Shown here one piece after another: positions 17,890-28,173 of a stretch of DNA of 55,284 nt (within the stretch, counting starts at the first letter, position 1; every line of letters begins with the position of its first letter). The translations under genes were made by a program, and so were the position numbers. The notes beneath the pieces are model-generated. The model saw nothing but the letters and a program-made list of their open reading frames with translations. It was not told the DNA's origin and did not search any database. This DNA is from Campylobacteraceae bacterium (GTDB lineage Bacteria; Campylobacterota; Campylobacteria; Campylobacterales; Campylobacteraceae): positions 1 through 55,284 of the forward strand of contig JAIROK010000131.1 of NCBI GenBank assembly GCA_031257555.1, read 5' to 3'.

Positions 17890-18696
17890 GTGTCAATGAA
17901 AGAAAAAGTAGAGCGCACTTCGCCGTTTAAACAATTTATATCAGTGATATTTGCCCTGTTCTTAAGAGAGCTTAAAACACGTTTTGGCGGGCGAAGATTT
18001 GGTGTATTTTGGACATTTGCCGAACCATTTGTACACCTTGTGGTATTACTCCTTGTGTTCTCTTTTTTGCGTTCCAGAATGATACCTCAAGTACCGTTTG
18101 AGCTTTTTTTGATAGCGGGCATAGTGCCGTTTTTTCTTTTTCGTCATATCGCTACAGGGCTTATGTCAAGTATAAGCGCCAATAAAGCTCTGTTTGCTTA
18201 CGCGCCCGTAAAACCGATAGACACTTATATCACTCGAACCATACTTGAGACTATAATCTACACTGTCATCTTTACTGTTATACTGTTTATTTTAGGATTT
18301 TGGGGAGGATTTGACGTCAGTATCGCCAATCCTTTCGGCGCAATCGCTATTTATTTTCTAATCATACTTTTCGGATTCTCATTTGGCATCATTGCAAGCA
18401 TAGTATCAGACATATTTCCATCTATCAAAATAATCATAAATATGATTTTATTGCCGCTTTATTTTCTATCAGCCATCATGTATCCGCTGTGGATAATTCC
18501 CGCACAATATGTAGAATATCTGATGTTCAATCCTATACTGCATTTGTTGGAACTTTTTAAATACAGTTTCTTTTCGTATTATCCTTTGGTAGATGGCATA
18601 AATCTTTATTATCCGCTTGGTTTTGAACTTGTGTTGTTATTTATAGCACTTGCATCATACAGAATAAGGCGGCTGGCATTGGCAGCAAGATCATGA
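17890..18696 (+). CDS. kpsM: capsule polysaccharide export ABC transporter permease
   Basis: 268-aa ABC-2 permease with six TM segments, immediately followed (4-nt overlap) by the cognate ATPase. The start is GTG 17890 or ATG 17896. Confidence 0.9.
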   Translation: MSMKEKVERTSPFKQFISVIFALFLRELKTRFGGRRFGVFWTFAEPFVHLVVLLLVFSFLRSRMIPQVPFELFLIAGIVPFFLFRHIATGLMSSISANKALFAYAPVKPIDTYITRTILETIIYTVIFTVILFILGFWGGFDVSIANPFGAIAIYFLIILFGFSFGIIASIVSDIFPSIKIIINMILLPLYFLSAIMYPLWIIPAQYVEYLMFNPILHLLELFKYSFFSYYPLVDGINLYYPLGFELVLLFIALASYRIRRLALAARS

Positions 18697-19370
18697 TAAG
18701 ACTTGAAAATCTCACCAAATCTTATCCACTTGAAAACGGTCGGCATTATGTATTTAAAAATCTGTCATTTGAATTTCCTGAAAATTCAAACATAGGTTTG
18801 ATAGGTCCAAATGGCGCCGGCAAAACAACACTTATGAATATTTTAGGCGGCACTGATATACCAGATAGGGGGCGAGTTGTAACAAACAAATCCATCTCTT
18901 TTCCCATAGGTTTTGGAGGCGGACTGCAAGGAAGCTTAAGTGCTGCGGATAATATAAAATTTGTTGCAAGAGTTTATGGTTTTACAGGCGAGAGAATGCG
19001 TCAAAAAGTAGAATATGTGCGGGATTTTGCAGAAATCGGAGAGTTTTTTTACCAACCTATCAAAACTTATTCATCCGGCATGAAAGCGAGAGTCTCTTTT
19101 GGGCTTAGCATGGCATTTGACTTTGACTATTATTTGATAGATGAAGCAGGAGCAGTAGGCGATGCGTCGTTTAAAACAAAAAGTACAGCCATCTATAAAG
19201 AAAAATTAAGTAAATCAAATGTTATAATTGTATCTCACAACATGAATGAAATAAAATCGTTATGTGATCACATTGTAGTTTTCAACGCCGGAGAAGCGCA
19301 TATTTTTAATAATGTAAACGAGGGAATAAAAATGTACCAAAAATTAAAAACAAATGTAGTGCAGCAATGA
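18693..19370 (+). CDS. kpsT: capsule polysaccharide export ABC transporter ATP-binding protein
   Basis: 225 aa with Walker A GPNGAGKTT, signature YSSGMKAR and Walker B YYLIDEA. Its small single-cassette size is typical of KpsT. Confidence 0.9.
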   Translation: MIRLENLTKSYPLENGRHYVFKNLSFEFPENSNIGLIGPNGAGKTTLMNILGGTDIPDRGRVVTNKSISFPIGFGGGLQGSLSAADNIKFVARVYGFTGERMRQKVEYVRDFAEIGEFFYQPIKTYSSGMKARVSFGLSMAFDFDYYLIDEAGAVGDASFKTKSTAIYKEKLSKSNVIIVSHNMNEIKSLCDHIVVFNAGEAHIFNNVNEGIKMYQKLKTNVVQQ

Positions 19371-19409
19371 TAATATGCGATATGCCCCTATATAAAAAGG
19401 ATTCTTACA

Positions 19410-20564
19410 GTGAGTAAACTTAAAAAACTTATCAAAAGTCCAAAAGGATTTTTGATGGATGCATACATAAAAAGAGTGGGCGTGTGGTTTTTAACGAGAA
19501 GTTTTACCATTGTAGTCACCATTCCATTTGCGCTTGCTATTATTTATTATCTATTTTTCGCTGCCGACAGATATGTAAGCGAGAGTATAATATCCGTCAA
19601 ACAAGCAGGCGAATCATCATCAAGTGCGGCAGGATTTGCAGCAATAGTAGGCATAAACACGCACTCCAAAGAAGACACACTTTATTTAAGGGAGTATATG
19701 CATTCATTGGATATGCTCAAAAACTTAGAAAAAGAGATAAACTTACGCGAAATATACACGGCAGAAAAATTAGACTTTTTGTATCGCTTTTACAGCTTTT
19801 TGCCGCAAGAGGATTTTTTAGAATATTACAAAAGCAGAGTCGCTATAGTTTATGATGACATGAGCGGACTTTTAAAGGTAAATGTAGAAGCATTTAAACC
19901 AAAAGATGCTCAAGCGCTTTCGATACTTATACTCAAAAACAGTGAAATTTTTGTCAATGAACTCTCTCATATTATGTCAAGAAAACAACTTGAATTTGCC
20001 GAATGGGAACTTAAAAAATCAGAAAATAGATTGAGCGCGGCAAAAGAGGCAATTTTAAAATTTCAAAACACTTATGGCATTTTCAATCCCATAGAACAAG
20101 CGCAATCGCTTGCTGCTTTAACATTGGAATTTGGAGCAGAACTTGCAAAAAAAGAGGCGGAACTTACAGCATTGTCCTCATATCTTCAAGACAATGCACC
20201 GCAAATAGTAACACTAAAAAGTGAGATAGAAGCCATAAAAAGACAGATAAAAAAGGAGAGTGGACGCGTAGCTGCGAACTCGGATGATTCTACAAATATA
20301 TTGGCTTCCAAATATCAAACATTAATAGTAGAAGCGGATTTTGCGCAAGAATTATATAAATTAGCTCTTAGTGCAGTTGAACAAGCCAGGATAGAGAGCG
20401 CTAAACAGATAAAACATTTATCAGTTATCCAACAACCCTCAATGCCGCAAAGCGCAAAATATCCGCGCGAAATATACAATCTAATCACACTGCTTGCAAT
20501 ACTGTTTTTATTATATGGTATTACAAGATTGATAAAAGCCACAATAGAGGATCACAAATACTAA
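19410..20564 (+). CDS. kpsE: capsule export inner-membrane/periplasmic protein (PCP-3 family)
   Basis: 384 aa with a GTG start preceded by AAAAGGA. It has an N-terminal TM helix, the DRYVSESIISVKQ motif, a coiled-coil periplasmic region and a C-terminal TM helix. Confidence 0.85.
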   Translation: MSKLKKLIKSPKGFLMDAYIKRVGVWFLTRSFTIVVTIPFALAIIYYLFFAADRYVSESIISVKQAGESSSSAAGFAAIVGINTHSKEDTLYLREYMHSLDMLKNLEKEINLREIYTAEKLDFLYRFYSFLPQEDFLEYYKSRVAIVYDDMSGLLKVNVEAFKPKDAQALSILILKNSEIFVNELSHIMSRKQLEFAEWELKKSENRLSAAKEAILKFQNTYGIFNPIEQAQSLAALTLEFGAELAKKEAELTALSSYLQDNAPQIVTLKSEIEAIKRQIKKESGRVAANSDDSTNILASKYQTLIVEADFAQELYKLALSAVEQARIESAKQIKHLSVIQQPSMPQSAKYPREIYNLITLLAILFLLYGITRLIKATIEDHKY

Positions 20565-22174
20565 TGAAAAAGATAGTTTTAATGTTAATTTCGGCTATGT
20601 TTTGTTTTGCCGCGGTAGATGTAGGAGCTATTGTTCATACAGATGAAAATAGCAGCGTTGTTTTGACAAATAAAAATGTCTTTGGTGCTCATCTTTTTAA
20701 CGGAAATTTTGCGAATGTAAAGCAACATATATATAACCCCGACTACCGTATAAACGTGGGCGATACGATACTTTTGAAAATGTGGGGAGCTTTTGAGTTT
20801 GAACAATCTCTTATTGTTGATTCGCAGGGAAATATTTTCGTTCCCAAAGTTGGTGTTATCAAACTTCTTGGAATACGAAACGGCGATATAGTCTCTATCA
20901 TAACACAGCATGTCAAAAATATATTTAAGGATAATGTATTTGTATATGCAGATATGCAGACATATCAAAATGTATCTGTTTTTGTAACTGGAAATGTAAA
21001 TAAACCCGGTCTTTACGAAGGATTGAGTTCAGACTCTTTAATACAGTACCTTGATAAAGCTTCAGGTATCAATAAGCAATACGGCAGTTTTAGAAAAATC
21101 AAAATTTTAAGAAACAATGAGCTTTACAGACAGATAGATTTGTATGATTTTTTAATCGATGGCAAGATGGAATTGATAGCATTTAAAAGCGGTGATGTTA
21201 TTCTTGTTGAAAGCGTAGGTGCATATATCGACGCTAAAGGCGATGTATTAAGAGAATTTAGATTTGAATCAAGACGTGAATTTATGAGCTTGCAAGAACT
21301 TGCCAAATTGGCAGGCATCAAACCAACCACCACAAATGCTATAGTAAAAAGTTACAAAAAAAACAACCGCTTAAGTATCAACTCTTACCATGAAAAAGAG
21401 TTTGACAATGTCTTTTTGCGAGCAGGTGATGAGGTAGAGTTTTTACCCGAACATCTTCCAGATGAGATAAAAATAAATGTTATAGGAGAACACAATGGAC
21501 TTCATACTGTGGTACTCAAAAAAGGTTCTACTCTTCAAGATTTGAAAGATAAGATTGATGTAAATCCGCAATCAAACATGGAAGCCATACAGATATTTAG
21601 AAAAAGTGTAGCCGCAGTGCAAAAAAATCTTTTAGATGCACAGCTTAGAGAACTTGAGACACTCACTTTGACAACCGCTTCCATATCTCCAGAAGAGGCA
21701 AACATGAGGGCGCAGGAGATAAAGGCTATATTGGAATTTATAGAAAGAGCAAGAAAAATCGAACCAAAAGGGCAGATAACAATAAATGAAAAAACTGCTG
21801 CACAAAGCATTATATTAGAAGATGGAGATATCATCAATATACCGACTATAAACAATATAGTTATAGTACAAGGCGAAGTAGGTATCCCCGGTGCATTTAC
21901 ATATATAAACCAACAAAATATCAATGAGTATATATCGCTTGCCGGCGGTTTTAGTCAAAGAGCCAACAAAAAAAGAGTTTTAGTAATAAGGGCAAGCGGT
22001 AAAGCCGAAAATTATGATGCGTCTTTGTTTTCATTTAGTAAACCGAAAGTGCAAGCGGGCGACTCTATACTTGTTCTTCCAAAAGCCGAAGGTAAGACTT
22101 TGCAATTTACAAATCTTATCACTCAAATATTATATAACGTAGCTATAGCAACAAAAGTTATACTTGATATATGA
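20564..22174 (+). CDS. kpsD: capsule polysaccharide export outer-membrane/periplasmic protein (OPX, Wza/KpsD family)
   Basis: 536 aa with a signal peptide, a Poly_export-like N-terminus (INVGDTILLKMWG) and repeated SLBB-like segments (GDVILVES, GDIINIPT, GDSILVLP). Confidence 0.85.
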   Translation: MKKIVLMLISAMFCFAAVDVGAIVHTDENSSVVLTNKNVFGAHLFNGNFANVKQHIYNPDYRINVGDTILLKMWGAFEFEQSLIVDSQGNIFVPKVGVIKLLGIRNGDIVSIITQHVKNIFKDNVFVYADMQTYQNVSVFVTGNVNKPGLYEGLSSDSLIQYLDKASGINKQYGSFRKIKILRNNELYRQIDLYDFLIDGKMELIAFKSGDVILVESVGAYIDAKGDVLREFRFESRREFMSLQELAKLAGIKPTTTNAIVKSYKKNNRLSINSYHEKEFDNVFLRAGDEVEFLPEHLPDEIKINVIGEHNGLHTVVLKKGSTLQDLKDKIDVNPQSNMEAIQIFRKSVAAVQKNLLDAQLRELETLTLTTASISPEEANMRAQEIKAILEFIERARKIEPKGQITINEKTAAQSIILEDGDIINIPTINNIVIVQGEVGIPGAFTYINQQNINEYISLAGGFSQRANKKRVLVIRASGKAENYDASLFSFSKPKVQAGDSILVLPKAEGKTLQFTNLITQILYNVAIATKVILDI

Positions 22175-24213
22175 TTTTTTCAGCATCAAAAAAGCTCACA
22201 AAAGATGTGAGTCATTTTTTAAACATAAAACACTACTCTTTTTTAGATAGAGTTCTTGGAAAAAGTGGTGTTTTTTATGGCTGGGGCAGAAAAAAATCAG
22301 GATTTGAAGCTATATCTTTAGCTAAAAAACACAAAACATCTTTTGTTCTTTTAGAAGATGGTTTTATAAGGTCACTCGGACTTGAGAGTGATTTGTTTGC
22401 ATCTTTTAGTCTTATTGAAGATAATGTCGGCATCTATTATGATGCCACCAAAGAGAGCGCGTTAGAACGCATACTAAACAGTTATGATTTTAAAAACGAT
22501 GAGAAGCTTTTGGCTGAAGAGGCGATTTGTCTTATTGCAAAACATAACATATCCAAATATAACCATGCTAAAGATTTAAATGAGGATTATTTCCAAGATA
22601 ATGGCAAAAAACGGATTTTAATAATAGCACAAACAAAGAATGATGCCTCTTTGCAATACGGATTGTCTGATAAGTTCTCAATGTCTGAAATAATAAAAAC
22701 AGCAAAAGAAGAAAATGGAAACGCCGATATATATCTAAAAATTCATCCGCAAGCGCTCAACAAAACCAAAGAATCTGATATATCCATAAAAGATATCCCG
22801 CATTATTGCAAACTAATTACAGAAGATGTAAACCCGATATCTCTTTTAAAAAAGATAGATAAAGTCTATACAAAAACTTCTCAAATGGGTTTTGAAGCAT
22901 TGCTTTTAGGCAAAGAATGTGTCTGTTTTGGTATGCCGTTTTATGCAGGCTGGGGAGTAACTGATGATAGAGTAAAATGCGAAAGAAGAATTAAAACAAG
23001 AGATATTCAAGAGATATTTGCCGCAGCTTATATCTTATATACAAAATATCGCGACCCATATAAAAACATTCCGCTTACATTGATACAAGCGATACAAAGC
23101 ATAGTTCATATCAAAAATAATAATATCTATAAAAAAGGGTTCTTTTTTGGATTTTCAAGATGGAAACATAGTTATATTAAACCATTTTTTAAAAATGAGC
23201 AGTTTTTAAAATTATTTTTTATAAATCCTGTTTTTGGCAAAAATCATCTGAAAATTGCTTTAAGAAAAAAGCTCGATAAAAACTCTATTGTATATATTTG
23301 GGGCAAAAAACCATTCAAAGAAGTTGAAGAATACGCCAAAAAATACTCCATTCCCATACTGCGTGCAGAAGATGGTTTTATAAGATCTATAGACCTTGGC
23401 TCTGATTTGACACGACCATACTCTTTAGTCATTGACAAATACGGTATCTATTTTGATGCAACGCAAAAAAGCGAATTGGAAGAGATACTAAACGAAACGA
23501 AGTTTAATGACAAAATTATTAAAGATGCAAAGGATATTCAAACATTTTTAATTAATAACAATATATCAAAATACAATATCTACAAACACGAAAAGATAAA
23601 TATCAAAACAGATAAAAAAATACTATTTGTAGTTGGACAAGTTGATGATGATGCTTCAATCACATATAGTTCGCAAAATATGTCAAATCTATCGCTCTTA
23701 AAAACAGTACGTGAAAAAAATCCGCAAAGTTATATCATCTACAAACCTCATCCTGATGTTTTAGCAAAAAACCGCATCGGAAAATTGAGTGAAAAAGAAA
23801 TTTTATCTTATGCTGATAAGATTATTAAAAATGTTTCACCGGATAGTATATTTGAAATTTGCGATGAGGTGCATACAATAACTTCATTAGTTGGTTTTGA
23901 AGCTCTTTTGAGAGGCAAAAAGGTTATTACTTACGGTATGCCGTTTTATGCAGGTTGGAAACTTACAGATGATATGCTCACAAATGACAGACGCAAAAGA
24001 AAATTAACAATTTATGAATTAATAGCAGGGGCTCTAATACTATATCCTCGTTATATTAATCCCAAAAACTATGAACTTTGTGATATAAAAACGTTTTTAT
24101 CGGGATTTAATACGAAAAAAATATGTTATAATAAAAGCAAACGGATATTAAAGAGAATTTTCACATTTTTTATAAGAAAAATGCAATTTATATTTAGAAT
24201 AGTTGGCAAATGA
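22171..24213 (+). CDS. kpsC: capsule beta-Kdo linker transferase, two-domain
   Basis: 680 aa with two tandem homologous halves. Each half has GWGRK/WGKK, EDGFIRS, KxHP and PFYAGWG motifs characteristic of KpsC. Confidence 0.9.
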   Translation: MIFSASKKLTKDVSHFLNIKHYSFLDRVLGKSGVFYGWGRKKSGFEAISLAKKHKTSFVLLEDGFIRSLGLESDLFASFSLIEDNVGIYYDATKESALERILNSYDFKNDEKLLAEEAICLIAKHNISKYNHAKDLNEDYFQDNGKKRILIIAQTKNDASLQYGLSDKFSMSEIIKTAKEENGNADIYLKIHPQALNKTKESDISIKDIPHYCKLITEDVNPISLLKKIDKVYTKTSQMGFEALLLGKECVCFGMPFYAGWGVTDDRVKCERRIKTRDIQEIFAAAYILYTKYRDPYKNIPLTLIQAIQSIVHIKNNNIYKKGFFFGFSRWKHSYIKPFFKNEQFLKLFFINPVFGKNHLKIALRKKLDKNSIVYIWGKKPFKEVEEYAKKYSIPILRAEDGFIRSIDLGSDLTRPYSLVIDKYGIYFDATQKSELEEILNETKFNDKIIKDAKDIQTFLINNNISKYNIYKHEKINIKTDKKILFVVGQVDDDASITYSSQNMSNLSLLKTVREKNPQSYIIYKPHPDVLAKNRIGKLSEKEILSYADKIIKNVSPDSIFEICDEVHTITSLVGFEALLRGKKVITYGMPFYAGWKLTDDMLTNDRRKRKLTIYELIAGALILYPRYINPKNYELCDIKTFLSGFNTKKICYNKSKRILKRIFTFFIRKMQFIFRIVGK

Positions 24214-25403
24214 ATTCGATTGGTAATTTAGAAAATAAGAATATTCTATTTTTGCAAGGTCCTATGGGGACATTCTTCAAAAGAGTGGATAAGTTATTTC
24301 GCAAAAAAGGAGCTAAAACTTATACATTAGCTCTTAATGCAGCAGATTGGTTTTTTTCAAACAAAGATAATGCAACAAGATACAAAGGTACGCCTGAAAA
24401 TTGGGGTAGATTTATAAAAGATTTTTTAATAGAAAAACCGATAGATATAATATTTCTGTTTGGAGACTGTAGATTCTATCACAAAATCGCTATAAAAATG
24501 GCAGACAAATTAAACATAAAAGTTTTTGTATTTGAGGAAGGATATATAAGACCTGATTATATTACGCTTGAAAAATATGGCGTAAACGGCAATAGTAAAC
24601 TTCCAATATCAAAAGAGTTTTACAAAAATCTACCTGATATTTCAGAACAATCAAAAGTACTTCCAATGAAAAATAGTCCTTATAATATGGTTATAAGCGC
24701 AACGATATACTATCTAATAGCTAATATTTTTAGTTTTTTATATCCAAATTACATTCACCATAGAGAATTTTCAGCCATAAAAGAGGGATTTTACGGCATA
24801 AGAAATCTTATAAGAAAAATAGTTTATACTATAAAAGATAAACCTTACAACAAACATTTCAGAACTGATCTTTCAGAAAAATATTTTTTTATACCATTGC
24901 AAACACATGTCGATACGCAAATCAAAAAACATTCATTATTCAAAAACATAGAAGAATTTATAGAGATAGTTATGACATCATTTGCACATTTTGCCGACAA
25001 AGAGCATTTCATAGTATTTAAACACCACCCACTTGATAGAGGCAGAAAAAATTACACAAAATATATAAAAAATTTAGCATCAAAACTTGATATTAAAGAA
25101 CGCGTTATAGTTTTGTATGAGGTTAATATGCCAAATGCCATTAAAAATGCAATAGGAATAGTAACCGTTAACAGTACAGTCGGATTGTCATCGTTATATC
25201 ATGATAAGCCTACCATTACACTTGGAAAAGCAATATATAATATAAGCGGTTTAACCTGTAAATATATTACACTAAATGATTTTTGGCAAAATGCCACACC
25301 GCCTGATAAGATTTTATTTCAAAAATTTAGAACATTTTTGATTAAAAATTCACAAATAAACAGTAGTTTTTATGGCAAAATCGGAGATTTTGAAAAAATA
25401 TAA
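24210..25403 (+). CDS. kpsS: capsule beta-Kdo transferase (initiating)
   Basis: 397 aa with a single copy of the same fold (FEEGYIRPDYITLE, FKHHPLDRG) and a 4-nt overlap with kpsC. Confidence 0.9.
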   Translation: MNSIGNLENKNILFLQGPMGTFFKRVDKLFRKKGAKTYTLALNAADWFFSNKDNATRYKGTPENWGRFIKDFLIEKPIDIIFLFGDCRFYHKIAIKMADKLNIKVFVFEEGYIRPDYITLEKYGVNGNSKLPISKEFYKNLPDISEQSKVLPMKNSPYNMVISATIYYLIANIFSFLYPNYIHHREFSAIKEGFYGIRNLIRKIVYTIKDKPYNKHFRTDLSEKYFFIPLQTHVDTQIKKHSLFKNIEEFIEIVMTSFAHFADKEHFIVFKHHPLDRGRKNYTKYIKNLASKLDIKERVIVLYEVNMPNAIKNAIGIVTVNSTVGLSSLYHDKPTITLGKAIYNISGLTCKYITLNDFWQNATPPDKILFQKFRTFLIKNSQINSSFYGKIGDFEKI

Positions 25404-25690
25404 ACTTTAAATATAATTTGGCTTGCTTTATTGTCATTTTTTATATAATTTTCAAAAAACAATTTTATATTTAGCCTGCTAAAAAATGATTTATTTTAAT
25501 TATTTTATTTATATCCAAATAATATTTTCTTGATTTTTTACACAAATAAAACTAATTCTTCCGTTAATATAAAAATTATAGATATTTCACTATTTTAACT
25601 TACATAACAAACGAGCATTTTTTATAAAATATTAAAAATTAAAAACTTTCAAATAATGATTGTCACTCAAATAAAAATGATGATTTCAAA

Positions 25691-27085
25691 TCACTTATTT
25701 TTAGCAAAGTAGGACTCTATGCCATTTGCTATACCTGTTGTTAAAATTTGCTGAAATTTTTTATTAAACATTCTCTCTCTGTCTATCTTATCGGTAATAT
25801 ACCCTATTTCAAGCAAAACTGCAGGCATCTGTGCACCTGTAAGAACCCAAAACGGAGCTTCTCTTACACCGCCATCAACAACATTTTTGTAGCTTCGTCT
25901 AACTTCGGTTAAAATGTATTGCTGAATATCTATAGCAAGCTTGTGTGAAGCTATAATTTTTTCTCGATTTAAAAAATTTAAAAATGTCTGTTTTGAATAT
26001 AGATTCATCTCTTCGATGTCTGATTTGTTTTCAAGTTCTGCTGCATTTTTAGAACGGACAGAATCAGATGGTGATAAGAAAAAAGTCTCTATGCCTTGCC
26101 AAATGCCATTTTTACTTGTTTTAGGAGCAGCATTGGCATGAATTGATATAAATATATCCGCATTTTTGTCATTTGCTGTTTTTGTCCTGTCTTGTAATTT
26201 TAAATACACATCTTTTGAACGTGTATAAAACACTTTATGTCCTCTTGTTTCAAGCTCCGCACCCAATAAAAGTGCTATTTGCAAAACAACATCTTTTTCT
26301 AACTTTTTGTCGCTTACGGCACCTCCGTCTTTACCGCCATGTCCGGCATCGACAACTATTATCTTTTTTGGAATTTTAACTTTAGGAGTAGTTGTTGCAC
26401 TGATCGTTTTATCATCTTTTTTGGCAGAATTTGCTTGCGAAGCAGCAAATTCTTTTGCGGAAAATTTCAACTCTTTATCTTTTAAATTCAAAATTATGCT
26501 TATATCTTTTTCATGCTCAAAAACAACTCTTATGGTCTCTTTATCAAACTGTGAAATGCGAAAATCTTTTATGCCTTCTATTTTAGGAACAACAGCAGAA
26601 CTTGTCTTAATGCCTTTTATGTCATAAACATATCTTAAGCTTTTATCTTTGAGTTTTAAAAATTTTATTTTTTGCTTTTCGGTTTTTTTGTCAAATACAA
26701 GAACAGCGCTGCCATTATTAACTTTTATTTGTAGAAGTTTGACCAAAACATCTGGCGAAACTATTGTATCTTTTTTTTCTCTTTGCGCGGCAATCGCTGC
26801 AATACTTTGGTATTTTGGCAATTTATCAAGCTCTTTTTTATAAGTAGAGGTATCATAACTTAACTCTTCTGATATCTCTACAAGTCTTTTTAAAACTTCA
26901 TATTTTAAAGTATCATTTGCATCCATAATAGATTTGATATACAAATGCTTTAAATCATCGTAAATGTGCTCTTTTTCATTCCATGTTAAAATAGAAAATT
27001 TGCTGTCAAACTCATCAAGCAATACATTTTCAGCATGTACAAAACAGATAAGCAAAAGTAGATAAGCAAAAACTTTTTTTATCAT
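25691..27085 (-). CDS. amiA: N-acetylmuramoyl-L-alanine amidase (AMIN domain + Amidase_3)
   Basis: 464 aa with a signal peptide and an Amidase_3 domain (VVDAGHGGKDGGA, ISIHANA, GYITD...). Its start ATG shares 1 nt with the upstream gene's stop codon. Confidence 0.85.
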   Translation of the reverse strand: MIKKVFAYLLLLICFVHAENVLLDEFDSKFSILTWNEKEHIYDDLKHLYIKSIMDANDTLKYEVLKRLVEISEELSYDTSTYKKELDKLPKYQSIAAIAAQREKKDTIVSPDVLVKLLQIKVNNGSAVLVFDKKTEKQKIKFLKLKDKSLRYVYDIKGIKTSSAVVPKIEGIKDFRISQFDKETIRVVFEHEKDISIILNLKDKELKFSAKEFAASQANSAKKDDKTISATTTPKVKIPKKIIVVDAGHGGKDGGAVSDKKLEKDVVLQIALLLGAELETRGHKVFYTRSKDVYLKLQDRTKTANDKNADIFISIHANAAPKTSKNGIWQGIETFFLSPSDSVRSKNAAELENKSDIEEMNLYSKQTFLNFLNREKIIASHKLAIDIQQYILTEVRRSYKNVVDGGVREAPFWVLTGAQMPAVLLEIGYITDKIDRERMFNKKFQQILTTGIANGIESYFAKNK

Positions 27086-28173
27086 TATTCGCCGTTTGTC
27101 AGTTTATTCATTAATTCTTTAACGCTTGTAATCTCATTTAACTTATATCCGTTAGCTCCCGTAAAAAACAATCCCGTATCTTCTTTGCCAAAAAATGCAT
27201 CGGACAATCTATCGGCTATACAGTAACCAACTTCTTTTGCCTCTTTGCCTCTTTGGCATGGAGTTACGCAATTGCTGATACATTTGATAGCAGGTCCTTC
27301 TCTTTTATCGATTAAAGATATAAGATTTGTATGGATACCGCGCGCAGGATAACCAACGGGCGATTTTAAAAGATGTATATCTTCTTTTTTAGCTCTAATC
27401 AAAACTTGCTTAAAAACTTCATCTGCATCACACTCATGAGTTCCTATAAAGCGTGTTGCCATCTGTACTCCATCTGCGCCCAAACTCATGATATTATCAA
27501 TGTCATTTTTATCCCAAATACCGCCTGCTGCAATTATAGGAAAATCGCCCCACTCTTTTACTTCATCCTTCAATGGTTTTACAAGATTTTCAAGCTGATA
27601 CTCTTCCATGGCACACTGCTCATAAGTAAAGCCTTGGTGTCCGCCGCTAAGAGGTCCTTCAAGCACAACAGCATCAGGAACACGATTGTATCTTTGTACC
27701 CAGCGTTTGCAAATAATCTTTAAAGCTTTAGCTGAAGAGACTATCGGCACAAGCGCTATGTGCGGAAAATTTTTTGTAAGTTCGGGCAAATTTGTAGGAA
27801 GTCCAGCTCCTGAAATTATAATATCAATACCGGCTTTACAAGCATCAACTACAACTCTGCTATAATCATTAATCGCGCACATTATATTTACGCCAAGAGG
27901 TTTATCTCCGCAAATTTTGCGTGCATTTTGAACTATAACTTTTAAAGCCTCAAGGGAGTGTAGATTTTCAACATCAAACGGACGCGAATTTATAACCCTT
28001 TTGGCATATTTCAAATTTTCATAATATCCTGTTCCTATAGCGCTTATTACTCCAAGTCCGCCCTCTTTGCTTACAGTTCCTGCCAACCTGTCCCAACTCA
28101 CGCCTATTCCCATACCGCCTTGAACTATTGGAAACTTTATCTCGTATCTACCTATTTTAAGTGGTTTTAACAT
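27085..28173 (-). CDS. nitronate monooxygenase / NPD-family FMN oxidoreductase (FabK-like fold)
   Basis: 362 aa with PIVQGGMG, AAGGIWD and GADGVQMATRF motifs of the 2-nitropropane dioxygenase/enoyl-ACP reductase II family. Its composition is host-like. Confidence 0.8.
   Translation of the reverse strand: MLKPLKIGRYEIKFPIVQGGMGIGVSWDRLAGTVSKEGGLGVISAIGTGYYENLKYAKRVINSRPFDVENLHSLEALKVIVQNARKICGDKPLGVNIMCAINDYSRVVVDACKAGIDIIISGAGLPTNLPELTKNFPHIALVPIVSSAKALKIICKRWVQRYNRVPDAVVLEGPLSGGHQGFTYEQCAMEEYQLENLVKPLKDEVKEWGDFPIIAAGGIWDKNDIDNIMSLGADGVQMATRFIGTHECDADEVFKQVLIRAKKEDIHLLKSPVGYPARGIHTNLISLIDKREGPAIKCISNCVTPCQRGKEAKEVGYCIADRLSDAFFGKEDTGLFFTGANGYKLNEITSVKELMNKLTNGE

Noticed and set aside
17673-17918. 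An 81-aa minus-strand ORF in the wecB/kpsM intergenic region.
   Set aside because: It has no RBS and no recognisable motif, it overlaps the kpsM start, and it lies in a divergent promoter region.
27085-28173. The NMO/FabK-like oxidoreductase as the missing enoyl reductase of the AT-rich lipid cluster.
   Set aside because: It has host-like composition and sits in the conserved amiA-tyrS housekeeping block, 6 kb from the cluster and separated from it by tyrS, spoT, rpoZ and pyrH. I see no evidence of a functional link, though it cannot be excluded biochemically.
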